Translations under genes and position numbers: made by a program
In this document: in pieces, positions 29,824 through 39,525 of the stretch
Position numbering within the stretch: the first letter of the stretch is position 1
How the letters are laid out: every line of letters begins with the position of its first letter
The notes under the pieces: model-generated
Told to the model about the DNA's origin: nothing
The model's database searches: none
Seen by the model: only the letters and a program-made list of their open reading frames with translations
Assembly: GCA_963813025.1 (NCBI GenBank)
Contig: CAWEXO010000001.1
Span: 64,001 to 128,000 of the forward strand
DNA length: 64,000 nt
Reading direction: 5' to 3'
DNA from: an uncultured Verrucomicrobiae bacterium
Lineage (GTDB): Bacteria; Verrucomicrobiota; Verrucomicrobiia; Chthoniobacterales; JAFAMB01

Positions 29824-30366
29824 CTACTTCAAGGATGGAGCGGCAACGCTGGGTACTTGCTTCCACTGATCAGCTACCGCGGGCGGCAGCGTATCCATCC
29901 GCTTAAGGAACATCGCTATCTTCCAAATATCTTTTTCGTTCAGCGTCGCAGCAAAGCTTGGCATCGCGGTGAAGCGAATCCCATGCTTTATCTTCCAGAA
30001 CGACGCCGACTCCGGATCGTCTTCGACACCATCCCGAGCGAGTTGCGGTGCTTCGATGTAGAAGCCTTGCGCCAGCCTGGATGGCATGGCGTCCGCTGCG
30101 CCATGACATATCGCGCAGTTCTCGGCGTACAGATGTACCCCGGCGATCAAATTCTCGTCGGTTGGCTGAAGCGGATTGCTGAGCGTTTTGGTGTCGCGCT
30201 CGATTGCCGCGTGCAACGCCGTGTTGGCAACCCACTGTTCCAGCGTGGAGGGCTTGCCATCGGCGTTCGCTGGCACGATGCCTGTCTTGACGGCGAAGAA
30301 TCCCGCGCAAACGAGTATGACCAATGTGAGGATGATGCCGGCGAGGAAACTAACGATCAATCTCAT
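29824..30366 (-). CDS. Membrane-anchored monoheme c-type cytochrome
   Basis: N-terminal TM helix, CAICHG heme motif, GIRFTAMP axial Met. Confidence 0.9.
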   Translation of the reverse strand: MRLIVSFLAGIILTLVILVCAGFFAVKTGIVPANADGKPSTLEQWVANTALHAAIERDTKTLSNPLQPTDENLIAGVHLYAENCAICHGAADAMPSRLAQGFYIEAPQLARDGVEDDPESASFWKIKHGIRFTAMPSFAATLNEKDIWKIAMFLKRMDTLPPAVADQWKQVPSVAAPSLK

Positions 30367-30413
30367 AGAGTTCTTTAGAATTCAGTCTGTGTGCCTTTGT
30401 GTCAGACTTCCAC

Positions 30414-31241
30414 TCAGCTCTTCACTGCGCCCGCGGTTAGCCCAGTCACCAAGCGCCTCTGGACGATCGCGAAGAAGATCACCGTCGGAACGATGGCGAT
30501 CACGGTGCCGGCGGTGATCAGACCCCACCTCACTTCCAAGCTGCTCATGAAAGTTTGCAGCCCGATAGGCAAGGTCTGCGTCGTATTGCTCTGTGACAAG
30601 ATCGATACAAACAGGTAATCGCCCCAGGAGACAACAAACGCAAAAAAGCCGGCGACCACTAGTCCCGGGATCGCTACCGGATAGATGATCCGGAATAGTA
30701 CCCCAAGACGGGAGCAGCCGTCGATCAGGGCCGCCTGATCGAGTTCGCGCGGAATCGCGTTGAAATAGCCGGTCAACATCCAGAGGGCGAACGGAAGGGT
30801 AATCGAGGTGTGAGTGAGAATCAGCCCCAGATGGCTGTCAACCAGGTTGAGGTTGGACATCATAACATAAAAAGGAATCAGCACGAGCACGTAGGGAAAG
30901 AATTGCGGTAACAGCGCGCTCATCATGAAAAGCCGCTTTCCCTTTAAGGCGAACCGGCTCAGCGCGTATGCTCCCAGGCTTCCCAGAAAGACGACTAACA
31001 CCATCACGCTGGTGGCGATCAGAAACGAGTTCGTTACGAAAGTTGTGAAATTGCTGATTTGAAACGCTGCAAAATAGTTGCTCAACGTTAATTCCGTCCA
31101 GTGCGGCAGAAGGCGCCCCGACTGGATCGAATCGGTTGTGCGAAAGCTGGAGAGGGTCAACCAGGCAATTGGCAGCAGAAGAAAGGTGTAGAACACAGCT
31201 AAACCGGCATAGGTTACAACCGCTCTGGGCGAAACCTTCAT
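30414..31241 (-). CDS. Carbohydrate ABC transporter permease (MalG-type)
   Basis: IPRELDQAALIDG EAA loop, AYALSRF, ends GLTAGAVK; start at ATG overlapping the upstream stop. Confidence 0.92.
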   Translation of the reverse strand: MKVSPRAVVTYAGLAVFYTFLLLPIAWLTLSSFRTTDSIQSGRLLPHWTELTLSNYFAAFQISNFTTFVTNSFLIATSVMVLVVFLGSLGAYALSRFALKGKRLFMMSALLPQFFPYVLVLIPFYVMMSNLNLVDSHLGLILTHTSITLPFALWMLTGYFNAIPRELDQAALIDGCSRLGVLFRIIYPVAIPGLVVAGFFAFVVSWGDYLFVSILSQSNTTQTLPIGLQTFMSSLEVRWGLITAGTVIAIVPTVIFFAIVQRRLVTGLTAGAVKS

Positions 31242-32164
31242 TGCGCTTCGGCAAAACCTCCAATGACTTTGTTGCAAGCCCAGACCAGGAGCACCAGGAG
31301 CACTAGCATGACGACTCCTCCGGCGCTCGCATAGCCAAGCGCATACCCGTTCCACGCCTGTTTATAGATGTAGGTCGGCAAAACCTCTGTCGCGGTGACC
31401 GGTCCGCCGCCGGTTGAAAGATAGACGAAATCGAAATTGTTAAAGGTGAAGGTCACATGAAGCACGACCATCACGAGAATGATGTAACGGAGGTTTGGCA
31501 GCGTGATGGAGAGAAACTGGCGCCAATTCCCTGCTCCATCGATCCGCGCCGCTTCATAGAGTTCAATCGGAATAGCCTGCATCGCTGCCATAAACGCGAC
31601 CGCATAAAACGGCACGTTCCGCCAGAGATGCATCACCAGAATCAAAAGAAACGCGGTACTCTCGTCGCCCAGCCAGTTGCGGGCAAGAGTGCCGAGCCCG
31701 ATATCGCGCAAAACGATATTGACGAAACCATAATTCGGCAGGGTCACGAACCGAAACATGACCACCGAGGCGATGATCGGCAGCACCCAGGTAACCATGG
31801 CAACACTGCGAAAGATCTGGATGCCGGGCATCTGCTGAACCAGGAGATGGGCCAGAACCAGACCCAGGAATACCTGAAGTAGAACGGCCGAAATCGTGAG
31901 TTCAAAGGAGTGAATCAGGGAAATCCGAAAAACCGGATCGCCGAACAGTTTGCCATAGTTCTGAAATCCGACCCACGCTGACTGATTCGGGTTAATCAAC
32001 GATCGATCAGTGAATGACGTAGCAATTCCGGAGATAGTCGGATAAAGATCCAGCCCGAGGATCAAAAGCAGTGCCGGTAGCAAAAGCCAGTAACCGAAAC
32101 TGTTCTGCCTGATTTTGAGTAATCGAGTCTGGCGCGGAGCAACGGCTGGCCTTGGAGCGGTCAC
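31238..32164 (-). CDS. Carbohydrate ABC transporter permease (MalF-type)
   Basis: VGFQNY, ELYEAARIDGAG..F..ITLP, TGGGP..ATEVL. Confidence 0.92.
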   Translation of the reverse strand: MTAPRPAVAPRQTRLLKIRQNSFGYWLLLPALLLILGLDLYPTISGIATSFTDRSLINPNQSAWVGFQNYGKLFGDPVFRISLIHSFELTISAVLLQVFLGLVLAHLLVQQMPGIQIFRSVAMVTWVLPIIASVVMFRFVTLPNYGFVNIVLRDIGLGTLARNWLGDESTAFLLILVMHLWRNVPFYAVAFMAAMQAIPIELYEAARIDGAGNWRQFLSITLPNLRYIILVMVVLHVTFTFNNFDFVYLSTGGGPVTATEVLPTYIYKQAWNGYALGYASAGGVVMLVLLVLLVWACNKVIGGFAEAQ

Positions 32165-32334
32165 CCGTTCAGTGTCGATCAGATCATCGTTTTTCTGCGA
32201 GGATTTTCTTCACCTGAAATCAATACCGCGGCATTCGGTCGGTCGGAGTTTGGAAACTTGTACTGCTAGGGCATCAAAGTACAGGTGGATGACAATTTAG
32301 AAATTTCTCTCGACGTGACTTTGAGCTGTATCGC

Positions 32335-32440
32335 TAGGGCAAGAGTTTAGAGAGTGTCTCCCGACACCCAACGTCGGTAGGGTCAAGCTCCCGCTTGACC
32401 TCCTTAGCGTTGGATCACGTCTCGATCCGGACGAGCAGGG
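32335..32440. repeat. REP-like family B repeat with MITE-like end at 32350
   Basis: GGTAGGGTCAAGCTCCCGCTTGACCTCCTTAGCGTTGGATCACGTCTCGAT.GGACGAGC, near-identical to about 14312-14372. Confidence 0.85.
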
Positions 32441-32601
32441 CTTCTTGACGCCCCTCCTCTCTCCACGACAGCCGCGACACACGGGCCGGTGCGTCTTACC
32501 CGCACGCCTCTTTAGAGCTGATTCTTCTACGGCTGCCTTGTTGAACTCCTCGGCCACTCGGCTAGCGTGTAAAACAACCTCGCTTGTGCTGATTTCTTGT
32601 T

Positions 32602-34131
32602 ATGAACGCGCCACCGTCCCCGGACACCCAATCAACCCCGCACCTCACAGTCGTGCCGCATCTCATCAACGGAGAGAAAGTCGTTTCTTCCGCAGCCCGG
32701 CAAGCACCCGTTTTTAATCCGGCCACCGGCAAAATCGACGAAGTCGTCGGTTTCGCTTCCGCCCAGGAAATCGAGCGCGCTATCCAGGCGGCCGCAGGCG
32801 CTTTTCCTCTTTGGGCGGCCACCACTCCGCTCCGGCGCGCACGCGTTTTCTTCAAATTCCGCGATTTGCTCGACCAGCACCGGAACGACTTGGCACGCAT
32901 CATTTCAGCGCAGCACGGCAAGACACTGCAAGACGCGTTAGGAGAAGTCACTCGGGGAATGGAAGTCGTGGAATTTGTCTGCGGCATTCCACAATTGCTG
33001 AAAGGCGAATTTACTCCCGAGGTTGGAACCGGGGTCGACAGTCAGGCATGTCGCCAGCCGCTTGGCGTAACGGTTGGAATAACGCCGTTCAATTTTCCGG
33101 TGATGGTGCCGCTCTGGATGTTTCCGGTTGCGCTTGCCTGCGGAAATACATTCATCCTCAAGCCGAGCGAGCGCGATCCCGGTGCAAGCGTTCTGTTGGC
33201 AGATCTCCTGCAGCAGGCCGGTTCACCTAAAGGAGCCTTCAATGTGCTTCAGGGCGACGCGGAAACGGTCCAGCAATTGATCACTCATCCGTTGGTACAA
33301 GCGGTGAGTTTCGTTGGTTCCACTCCGGTTGCGGAATCGGTCTTTCGGCAGGGAACCGGCGCAGGCAAGCGCGTTCAGGCACTGGGCGGAGCCAAAAATC
33401 ATGTCGTCATAATGCCGGACGCCGATATGGAGATGGCCGTCAACGGGCTGGTCGGGGCAGCATTCGGCTCCGCCGGCGAGCGATGCATGGCCATTTCCGT
33501 GGCTGTGGCGGTGGGAGAACGGACGGGCGACGAGCTCCTCGCCCGGTTGATCCCGCGGGTCAGAGCACTTCGGATCGGCCCAGGTCTGAGCGAGGATTCC
33601 GAGATGGGGCCTCTCGTCACTGAAGCCCACCGAAAGCGGGTCCTGTCGTACCTGGAAACAGGCGTGCAAGAAGGAGCGAAGCTTATCCTGGATGGGCGCC
33701 AGACGGAGGTTCCGGCCGAGGGCTTTTTCCTGGGCGGCTCCATCTTTGACCAGGTCCGGCCGACCATGCGGATTTATCGAGAGGAAATTTTCGGACCAGT
33801 ACTGGCCGTCGTTCGAGCGAAGAGTCTGGCGGAAGCTACCCGTTTGGTGAACGAACATGAATTTGGAAATGGAGCAGCGATTTTTACCGGAGATGGCGGT
33901 ATTGCCCGGGCTTTTGCCGAGGAAGTCAAAGCGGGGATGGTCGGCGTGAACGTGGCGATCCCGGTACCCATGGCATTCCATTCTTTTGGAGGTTGGAAAC
34001 GATCGCTCTTCGGCGACCATTATGTGCACGGGGTCGAAGGCGTGCGCTTTTACACGCGCTTGAAGACCGTGACCAGCCGCTGGCCGGACGCCGGCTCGGT
34101 TGCGCCGGAGTTTGTTTTGCCGACGCACTGA
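32602..34131 (+). CDS. mmsA: CoA-acylating methylmalonate-semialdehyde dehydrogenase (MmsA/IolA)
   Basis: ITPFNFP.M.PLWM, KPSERDP, SFVGST, LGGAKNH, GSAGERCMA, EEIFGPV, FGGWKRSLFGD. Confidence 0.95.
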   Translation: MNAPPSPDTQSTPHLTVVPHLINGEKVVSSAARQAPVFNPATGKIDEVVGFASAQEIERAIQAAAGAFPLWAATTPLRRARVFFKFRDLLDQHRNDLARIISAQHGKTLQDALGEVTRGMEVVEFVCGIPQLLKGEFTPEVGTGVDSQACRQPLGVTVGITPFNFPVMVPLWMFPVALACGNTFILKPSERDPGASVLLADLLQQAGSPKGAFNVLQGDAETVQQLITHPLVQAVSFVGSTPVAESVFRQGTGAGKRVQALGGAKNHVVIMPDADMEMAVNGLVGAAFGSAGERCMAISVAVAVGERTGDELLARLIPRVRALRIGPGLSEDSEMGPLVTEAHRKRVLSYLETGVQEGAKLILDGRQTEVPAEGFFLGGSIFDQVRPTMRIYREEIFGPVLAVVRAKSLAEATRLVNEHEFGNGAAIFTGDGGIARAFAEEVKAGMVGVNVAIPVPMAFHSFGGWKRSLFGDHYVHGVEGVRFYTRLKTVTSRWPDAGSVAPEFVLPTH

Positions 34132-34134
34132 CGC

Positions 34135-34329
34135 ATGACTAGCCAACCGCCTCAGTGGTATGACTACTTTATCCTCCTCGGCCTTATTGGAACCATCATG
34201 CGGTGGCGACGGTTTCGGCAATCGAAGTACCCCGCAGGGCGACATCACGCCCGAAACTATCTGGTCGGTATGCTGATCTTTGGAATTTTGGTCTTGGCAC
34301 GCTGGCCCTTTCTTTTGCCGCACGGGTAG
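34135..34329 (+). CDS. Small two-TM hypothetical membrane protein
   Basis: 64 aa, two hydrophobic segments, starts 3 nt after the mmsA stop. Confidence 0.55.
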   Translation: MTSQPPQWYDYFILLGLIGTIMRWRRFRQSKYPAGRHHARNYLVGMLIFGILVLARWPFLLPHG

Positions 34330-34382
34330 ACGCGGGCATCTGAGAATGCGCGCTATAGGTCCTATGCGAAAGGCGGGAATCT

Positions 34383-34468
34383 TCCGACCTTTCAGGGCGG
34401 GTTGAGGGTGGTGGTTTTTCCCAGGGTTAAAAACACCGGGCTAAGTCCTGCTGCCCCTTCGGGGCGAA
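34383..34468. repeat. Isolated REP-like multi-hairpin element
   Basis: ACCTTTCAGGGC ... CCCAGGGTTAAAAACACCGGG ... GCCCCTTCGGGGC hairpins between convergent genes; single copy in this window. Confidence 0.5.
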
Positions 34469-34524
34469 GAGTCAAGACCTGACAGACCCGAGTCCGCGCT
34501 ACGTGACCGCCCGCGCAGAACAGT

Positions 34525-35784
34525 TCATGGACTCGACCGCTCCGGCACCTCCAGCGCGACCGGGGCATGGCGTTCTTTGACCTGGGTCCGCTTCATTTTG
34601 CCTTGTTCGGCCAAGGCGTTCAGTTCCTTCGTGCCGCCGGGGAACCAATCGTTTAATCGCCGTTTAGCGATGTTTACATGAAGGACCTCATCCGCCCAAT
34701 CGTAGTCTTGAAAAATGGCCATCAAAGGATGACAGGCGGCAACGCGACAGAACTCCCACTCGCCTCTTTTGCCGACCGGGTATTTCATCTGGGCACCTTC
34801 TATTTCCAATCCGAGTGTAGCGTACTGTTCGAGCGGGGTGGCTTCCATACAGTAAGCGCTTTCATAGTCGCGCATCGGAACGGCGCCGAGCGACCCAAAG
34901 GTAGCTTCGATGGCCGCTTCGCCCATCATGGAATGGCGGACCTCGTCCCAGAGATGGCGGGACAGGTCGTGGTAGAACTCCCAGGGCATATTCGGTGTTT
35001 CACATAGAACGACGCAGAGACCTTCGGCCACATTGATCTCTGAGAGTCGGATGCCCATCATGTACACGAGGTAGGACGCGGTGTCGCTGAGTTCTGGCTT
35101 CTGATAATCCCAGACACGCCGAACACGCGCATCCCGGCCCGGAGTCCGTGGACGAACAAACCCATTCACCGACCGTTGCCGCTCCGGGAGATCGCCGGAA
35201 CGAGCTCCGGCGCCGTCAAGGCCACCGCTGGCGCTAAGGTATGCTGGCAGCCACGCCGGCGCGAGCGACAGACCATTCGCATTATCCCCCCCTATCCCAA
35301 GCCAGCCGATACTCTGGGTCAGACGAGGTAGTTCCGACTCGATCAAATCGCAAGTCGGTGAATCAGCCAGCGGATTCGTGTCGCGCAGGTACTTTTCGTA
35401 TCCGGCTCGCAATTCCTCATGCAACCGTCGAATGACCAAAACGAGCTCGTCGCTTGGACGCGCCTGCATGGCTTCATCCAGCAATCTCTCCAAACCTGCG
35501 TCAGGTGAAGCTTCAATCCGGACCTTCGGAGTGCGCAACTGCCGGAGCCGCTCGTAAATGCGATTTCCGCGTTCTCCCGCGAGATACTGCAATCGTCCAA
35601 GCAACAGTTTCAAATCGCGTTCTGGAACGATGACCAAAGCGGCCGCGCACAGGAACATCAACCGTCGCTCGACGTACCCGAAACGAAGCAGCCGCGCGAC
35701 AGCTTCTTGCACTGTCAGGCCCTCCCGAAAAGGATCTCCCAAGCCCGCGAAACGGGGAAAAACTGCTTCAGTACTTTTGTCCAT
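34525..35784 (-). CDS. Ferritin-like diiron protein (DUF455-like C-terminal domain)
   Basis: E(INVAE)...DEVRH...E...DEVLH carboxylate/His ligand pattern; helical N-terminal domain lacking clear ligands. Confidence 0.7.
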   Translation of the reverse strand: MDKSTEAVFPRFAGLGDPFREGLTVQEAVARLLRFGYVERRLMFLCAAALVIVPERDLKLLLGRLQYLAGERGNRIYERLRQLRTPKVRIEASPDAGLERLLDEAMQARPSDELVLVIRRLHEELRAGYEKYLRDTNPLADSPTCDLIESELPRLTQSIGWLGIGGDNANGLSLAPAWLPAYLSASGGLDGAGARSGDLPERQRSVNGFVRPRTPGRDARVRRVWDYQKPELSDTASYLVYMMGIRLSEINVAEGLCVVLCETPNMPWEFYHDLSRHLWDEVRHSMMGEAAIEATFGSLGAVPMRDYESAYCMEATPLEQYATLGLEIEGAQMKYPVGKRGEWEFCRVAACHPLMAIFQDYDWADEVLHVNIAKRRLNDWFPGGTKELNALAEQGKMKRTQVKERHAPVALEVPERSSP

Positions 35785-35803
35785 AGAGGTAGAGAAAGGG
35801 AAC

Positions 35804-35966
35804 CACAGATTTCACAGATTTCACAGATTTCACAGATTTAGCCAACTCAGTCCAGGAGTCAGTGTCAGTGTCAATGCCAGTGTCAGTGCCAGTGCTAGTG
35901 CTAGTGCCAGTTGCCATAGGTCATTGGTTATCGCTCATCGGTAATCGGTCATCGGCCATCGGTCAT
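35804..35966. repeat. (CACAGATTT)x4 followed by composite hexamer (GTGYYA)n + heptamer (TCGGYYA-like)n tract
   Basis: Direct reading: 9-mer 35804-35839, hexamers about 35858-35910, heptamers about 35911-35966. Confidence 0.9.
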
Positions 35967-36042
35967 TTCAATCTTGCAGAAAGCGGTTGTCAGCCGGGCC
36001 GCCTTATGGCATGTTCCGCGCCTTTCAGATCACCGCTTTGTT

Positions 36043-36357
36043 ATGGCGTACGCAATTATTCGCTCAGGGGGAAAACAATTCAGAGTCAGCCCGGGAGATA
36101 CCATCGCGGTGCAAAAGGTCTCCGGCGAGCCAGGCGACAAAGTCACTTTCTCCGACGTGGTGTTTCATGCCGATGGCAAAACGGTGCAAACTGGGTTTCC
36201 GTTGATCGAAGGCGCCACGGTGACAGCGAAGGTTGTTGAACAGTTTAAGGCCGATAAAGTGATCGCCTTTAAATACAAGCGGCGCAAAGGGTACCATCGC
36301 ACTGTCGGGCATCGACAACAACTCACGCGGGTAAAAATTGAATCAATTGGTCTTTAG
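36043..36357 (+). CDS. rplU: 50S ribosomal protein L21
   Basis: MAYAIIRSGGKQFRV, FKYKRRKGY...GHRQ. Confidence 0.97.
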   Translation: MAYAIIRSGGKQFRVSPGDTIAVQKVSGEPGDKVTFSDVVFHADGKTVQTGFPLIEGATVTAKVVEQFKADKVIAFKYKRRKGYHRTVGHRQQLTRVKIESIGL

Positions 36358-36384
36358 ATTGTCTACTGATAAGGAGGCTTTTTC

Positions 36385-36657
36385 ATGGCTCATAAAAAAG
36401 GGCAGGGCAGTGTCAAAAACGGACGAGACAGCGTCAGCAAACGGCTGGGAGTCAAGAAATTCGGCAGCCAATCGGTGGTTGCGGGAAATATTATCATCCG
36501 GCAGCGCGGCACAAAATTTTTGCCTGGAAAGAACGTTGGCCTCGGTCGGGATTATACGATTTTCGCTTTAGTCGACGGCACGGTACGATTCGACCAGAAA
36601 GGCCGTCGGGTAAACGTCGAACCGGTTGAAGAGGCATTTGCGGGTTCAACTAGCTGA
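36385..36657 (+). CDS. rpmA: 50S ribosomal protein L27
   Basis: [26 protein letters not shown]. Confidence 0.98.
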   Translation: MAHKKGQGSVKNGRDSVSKRLGVKKFGSQSVVAGNIIIRQRGTKFLPGKNVGLGRDYTIFALVDGTVRFDQKGRRVNVEPVEEAFAGSTS

Positions 36658-36684
36658 AAGCAGCAAAGATTTCCCTCCCGATGG

Positions 36685-36716
36685 AAAAAGCGCCTCGCCC
36701 GTTGAGGCGCTTTTTT
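36685..36716 (+). terminator. Intrinsic (bidirectional-type) terminator after rpmA
   Basis: AAAAAGCGCCTC-gcccgtt-GAGGCGCTTTTTT. Confidence 0.85.
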
Positions 36717-36855
36717 CGTTTCAGCGAACGCGAGCGGCTGTTTTAACCCGCGGCGCTCTAGAGTCCTTTGAAACCCGATTAAGCTGGATCAAGTTTTAGG
36801 CGGATTTTTCCACTGCTTCTATTCTTCGCCTTTCAAAGACCGGGAGACTGACTCC

Positions 36856-37314
36856 ATGCTGAACGTCGTGTTGGTCGAACCCGAAATACCGCCGAACACC
36901 GGCAACGTTGCCCGGCTGTGTCTCGCGACCAACACCCATCTTCATCTGGTGAAGCCGCTAGGCTTTCAAACTACCGATCGCGCGTTGCGCCGCGCCGGGA
37001 TGGACTACTGGGAGCAAGTGCAGATTTCGTATTGGGAAAATTGGGCGGAGTTTGAAAAAGCGACGTCCGCAGAATCGCGCCGGTTCTTTTTCTCGACGAA
37101 AGCGCGACAGCTTTATTGGGATATTCGCTTCCGCGACCATGATTACCTCATTTTCGGCCGTGAAACCAGAGGCTTACCAGAGAGTCTTTTGGCGGCCTAT
37201 CCAGACCAGTGCTTCGTTATTCCGATGCAGCCTGCTGCGCGAAGCTTGAATTTAGCGACCGCTGTCGCGATCGTGTTATTTGAAGGAATCCGCCAAATGA
37301 GCGTCCAACCGTGA
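36856..37314 (+). CDS. trmL: tRNA (cytidine/uridine-34 2'-O)-methyltransferase
   Basis: PEIPPNTGN..R, RRAGMDYW, FGRET.GL, RSLNL. Confidence 0.93.
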   Translation: MLNVVLVEPEIPPNTGNVARLCLATNTHLHLVKPLGFQTTDRALRRAGMDYWEQVQISYWENWAEFEKATSAESRRFFFSTKARQLYWDIRFRDHDYLIFGRETRGLPESLLAAYPDQCFVIPMQPAARSLNLATAVAIVLFEGIRQMSVQP

Positions 37315-37982
37315 ACGTTGCTCCACAATTGACCGCGGCAAATCTGCGCCAATCATTCAAGATCGGCTCACGCCGGATCGAGGTTCTTCGGGGAATTACC
37401 CTGGAGGTACACCATGGCGAAACAGTTTTTCTCTGCGGCGCCTCGGGCGCTGGCAAGACCACGCTGCTCTACACGCTTGCCGGCCTGGAGCGACCGGAAT
37501 CGGGGGAAGTCACTTTTGAGGGCCGGATCCTCTATCGCCGAAGCTCAGCCGAAGACGCGCGCATCAGAAACACCCGCATGGGCTTTGTCTTTCAAAGCTA
37601 CTTCCTTCTGCCGGAACTCACCGCCCTTGAGAACATCCTTTTGCCATCGTTGATCCGCCAGAAACAACGGCTCGATCAAGCGCAGGCTTTCTTGGCTCGC
37701 GTTGGCTTAGGTGACCGCGCACACCATCTGCCCAGTGAATTGTCGGGCGGGGAGCAGCAGCGGGTAGCGATCGCCCGAGCGTTGATGAATGAACCAGCGA
37801 TTATTTTCGCCGATGAACCTACCGGGAATCTTGACTCGTTGAATGGTCGCACCATCATGGAACTGCTGCTTTCCGTTGCCCGCGAAAAGTTGACGACACT
37901 GGTTGTGGTCACGCATGACGAGCACCTCGCCGTCCTCGGCGACCGGCGTCTGAATATTCACGACGGCCTTCTGGCAAAGTAA
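37311..37982 (+). CDS. ABC ATP-binding protein, LolD-like
   Basis: GASGAGKTT, LSGGEQQRVAIARAL, ADEPTGNLD, VTHD. Confidence 0.9.
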   Translation: MNVAPQLTAANLRQSFKIGSRRIEVLRGITLEVHHGETVFLCGASGAGKTTLLYTLAGLERPESGEVTFEGRILYRRSSAEDARIRNTRMGFVFQSYFLLPELTALENILLPSLIRQKQRLDQAQAFLARVGLGDRAHHLPSELSGGEQQRVAIARALMNEPAIIFADEPTGNLDSLNGRTIMELLLSVAREKLTTLVVVTHDEHLAVLGDRRLNIHDGLLAK

Positions 37983-37987
37983 GAACT

Positions 37988-38866
37988 ATGAATCTGAAGA
38001 TCTATATTGACGGCGAGTTCCTCGACGAGTCCGAGGCGAAGATCTCGGTCTTTGATCATGGATTGCTGTATGGCGACGGCGTCTTTGAAGGTATCCGCTT
38101 TTATCACGACCGGGTTTTTCGCCTCAACGAACACATGAACCGGCTTTGGGATTCGGCAAAGGCCATTGCCCTCGAGGTGCCGATGTCGAAATCGGAACTC
38201 GTTGCCGCAACGTTGGAGACAATCCGCCAGAATGATCTCCACGACGGTTATGTTCGCCTGCTCATTACGCGTGGCGCCGGCTCTTTAGGACTGAGCCCTG
38301 AGAGTTGTCGGCGTCCTAGTGTGGTGATCATTGCCGCGACCATCTCGCTCTACCCGGAAGAGCTTTACCAAAAAGGTTTAACCATGGTGACCTGCTCGAC
38401 CAGGCGAGTCGCCCCCAATGCGGTCAGTCCGCGGATAAAATCACTGAACTATCTCAACAATATCCTGGCTAAGATCGAGGCTCAGGCGGCCGGTGCCGGG
38501 GAAGGTTTGATGCTCAACGAGCATGGCTACGTCGCCGAATGTACGGGCGACAACATTTTTGTCGTCAAGAATGGCCAACTGTTCACTCCCCCGCTCAACG
38601 CCGGGCTGCTGAATGGGGTGACCCGGCAGGTCGTACTTGAGATCGCTCAGACCATCGGAGTCCGCACGCATGAACGCGAACTTACCCGATACGACATTTA
38701 CACCGCGGACGAGTGCTTTCTCACCGGCACGGCAGCCGAGGTCATACCCGCCGTCGAGCTGGATCGCCGGCCGATTGGGCATGGCCGGCCAGGCGCGATG
38801 ACGGGTCGCTTCATCGAGGCGTTCCGCCAGTTGACACGTTCTTCCGGCACTCCCATTTATGATTAG
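37988..38866 (+). CDS. ilvE: Branched-chain amino acid aminotransferase
   Basis: YGDGVFEGIR, KSLNY (PLP Lys), ECTGDNIF, ADECFLTGTAAEV. Confidence 0.95.
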   Translation: MNLKIYIDGEFLDESEAKISVFDHGLLYGDGVFEGIRFYHDRVFRLNEHMNRLWDSAKAIALEVPMSKSELVAATLETIRQNDLHDGYVRLLITRGAGSLGLSPESCRRPSVVIIAATISLYPEELYQKGLTMVTCSTRRVAPNAVSPRIKSLNYLNNILAKIEAQAAGAGEGLMLNEHGYVAECTGDNIFVVKNGQLFTPPLNAGLLNGVTRQVVLEIAQTIGVRTHERELTRYDIYTADECFLTGTAAEVIPAVELDRRPIGHGRPGAMTGRFIEAFRQLTRSSGTPIYD

Positions 38867-39042
38867 TCCAGAACCAGCAACCTTATTTTTTGCCCGGCAG
38901 GAGATTGCTTCCGACAGAAAGGAAGCCACTCCTCGGGCAGGTTCGACAAACGTGCTATATTTACTCGTGCGGAAAGAGCAACGAAAACTTTGGACCGTTC
39001 GCCCATTCCGCGGTCAACCCGCCGTAGGGAGGACGGAACGGA

Positions 39043-39525
39043 ATGCTTTGTGACGTTTGCAAAACTAATACCGCGACAGTGTACCTGACGCAGATCGTGG
39101 AGGGGAATATGAAGAAGATCAATCTCTGCGAATCGTGTTCCAAAGAGAAAGGCGTCTCCGATCCAACCGGGTTCGCCTTGGCCGATCTTCTTTTGGGATT
39201 GGGTGAGAATCAACAGGTCGAGCAACCTGCTGTTACCGAGCATTGCCCGGTCTGCGGGTTCACTCAAGCGGATTTCAAGAAGACCGGACGACTCGGTTGC
39301 AGCGCGTGTTACGAAACTTTCCACGAAACCCTGGATCCCATTCTCAAAGCGATGCACAAAGGGACCCAGCACATCGGCAAAACCCCGACGCGCCTTCACT
39401 TCACGCAATCAGACCGTCTGAAAGAGCTGCAGCGTAGCCTTGATGACGCGGTCTCGCGCGAAGATTACGAGTCGGCAGCGAACATCCGTGACGAAATCAA
39501 ACAGCTGGAGGATAAAACGCAATGA
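39043..39525 (+). CDS. mcsA: Arginine kinase activator McsA (UVR domain)
   Basis: Four CxxC motifs, GRLGC, EDYE.AA.IRDEI. Confidence 0.92.
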   Translation: MLCDVCKTNTATVYLTQIVEGNMKKINLCESCSKEKGVSDPTGFALADLLLGLGENQQVEQPAVTEHCPVCGFTQADFKKTGRLGCSACYETFHETLDPILKAMHKGTQHIGKTPTRLHFTQSDRLKELQRSLDDAVSREDYESAANIRDEIKQLEDKTQ

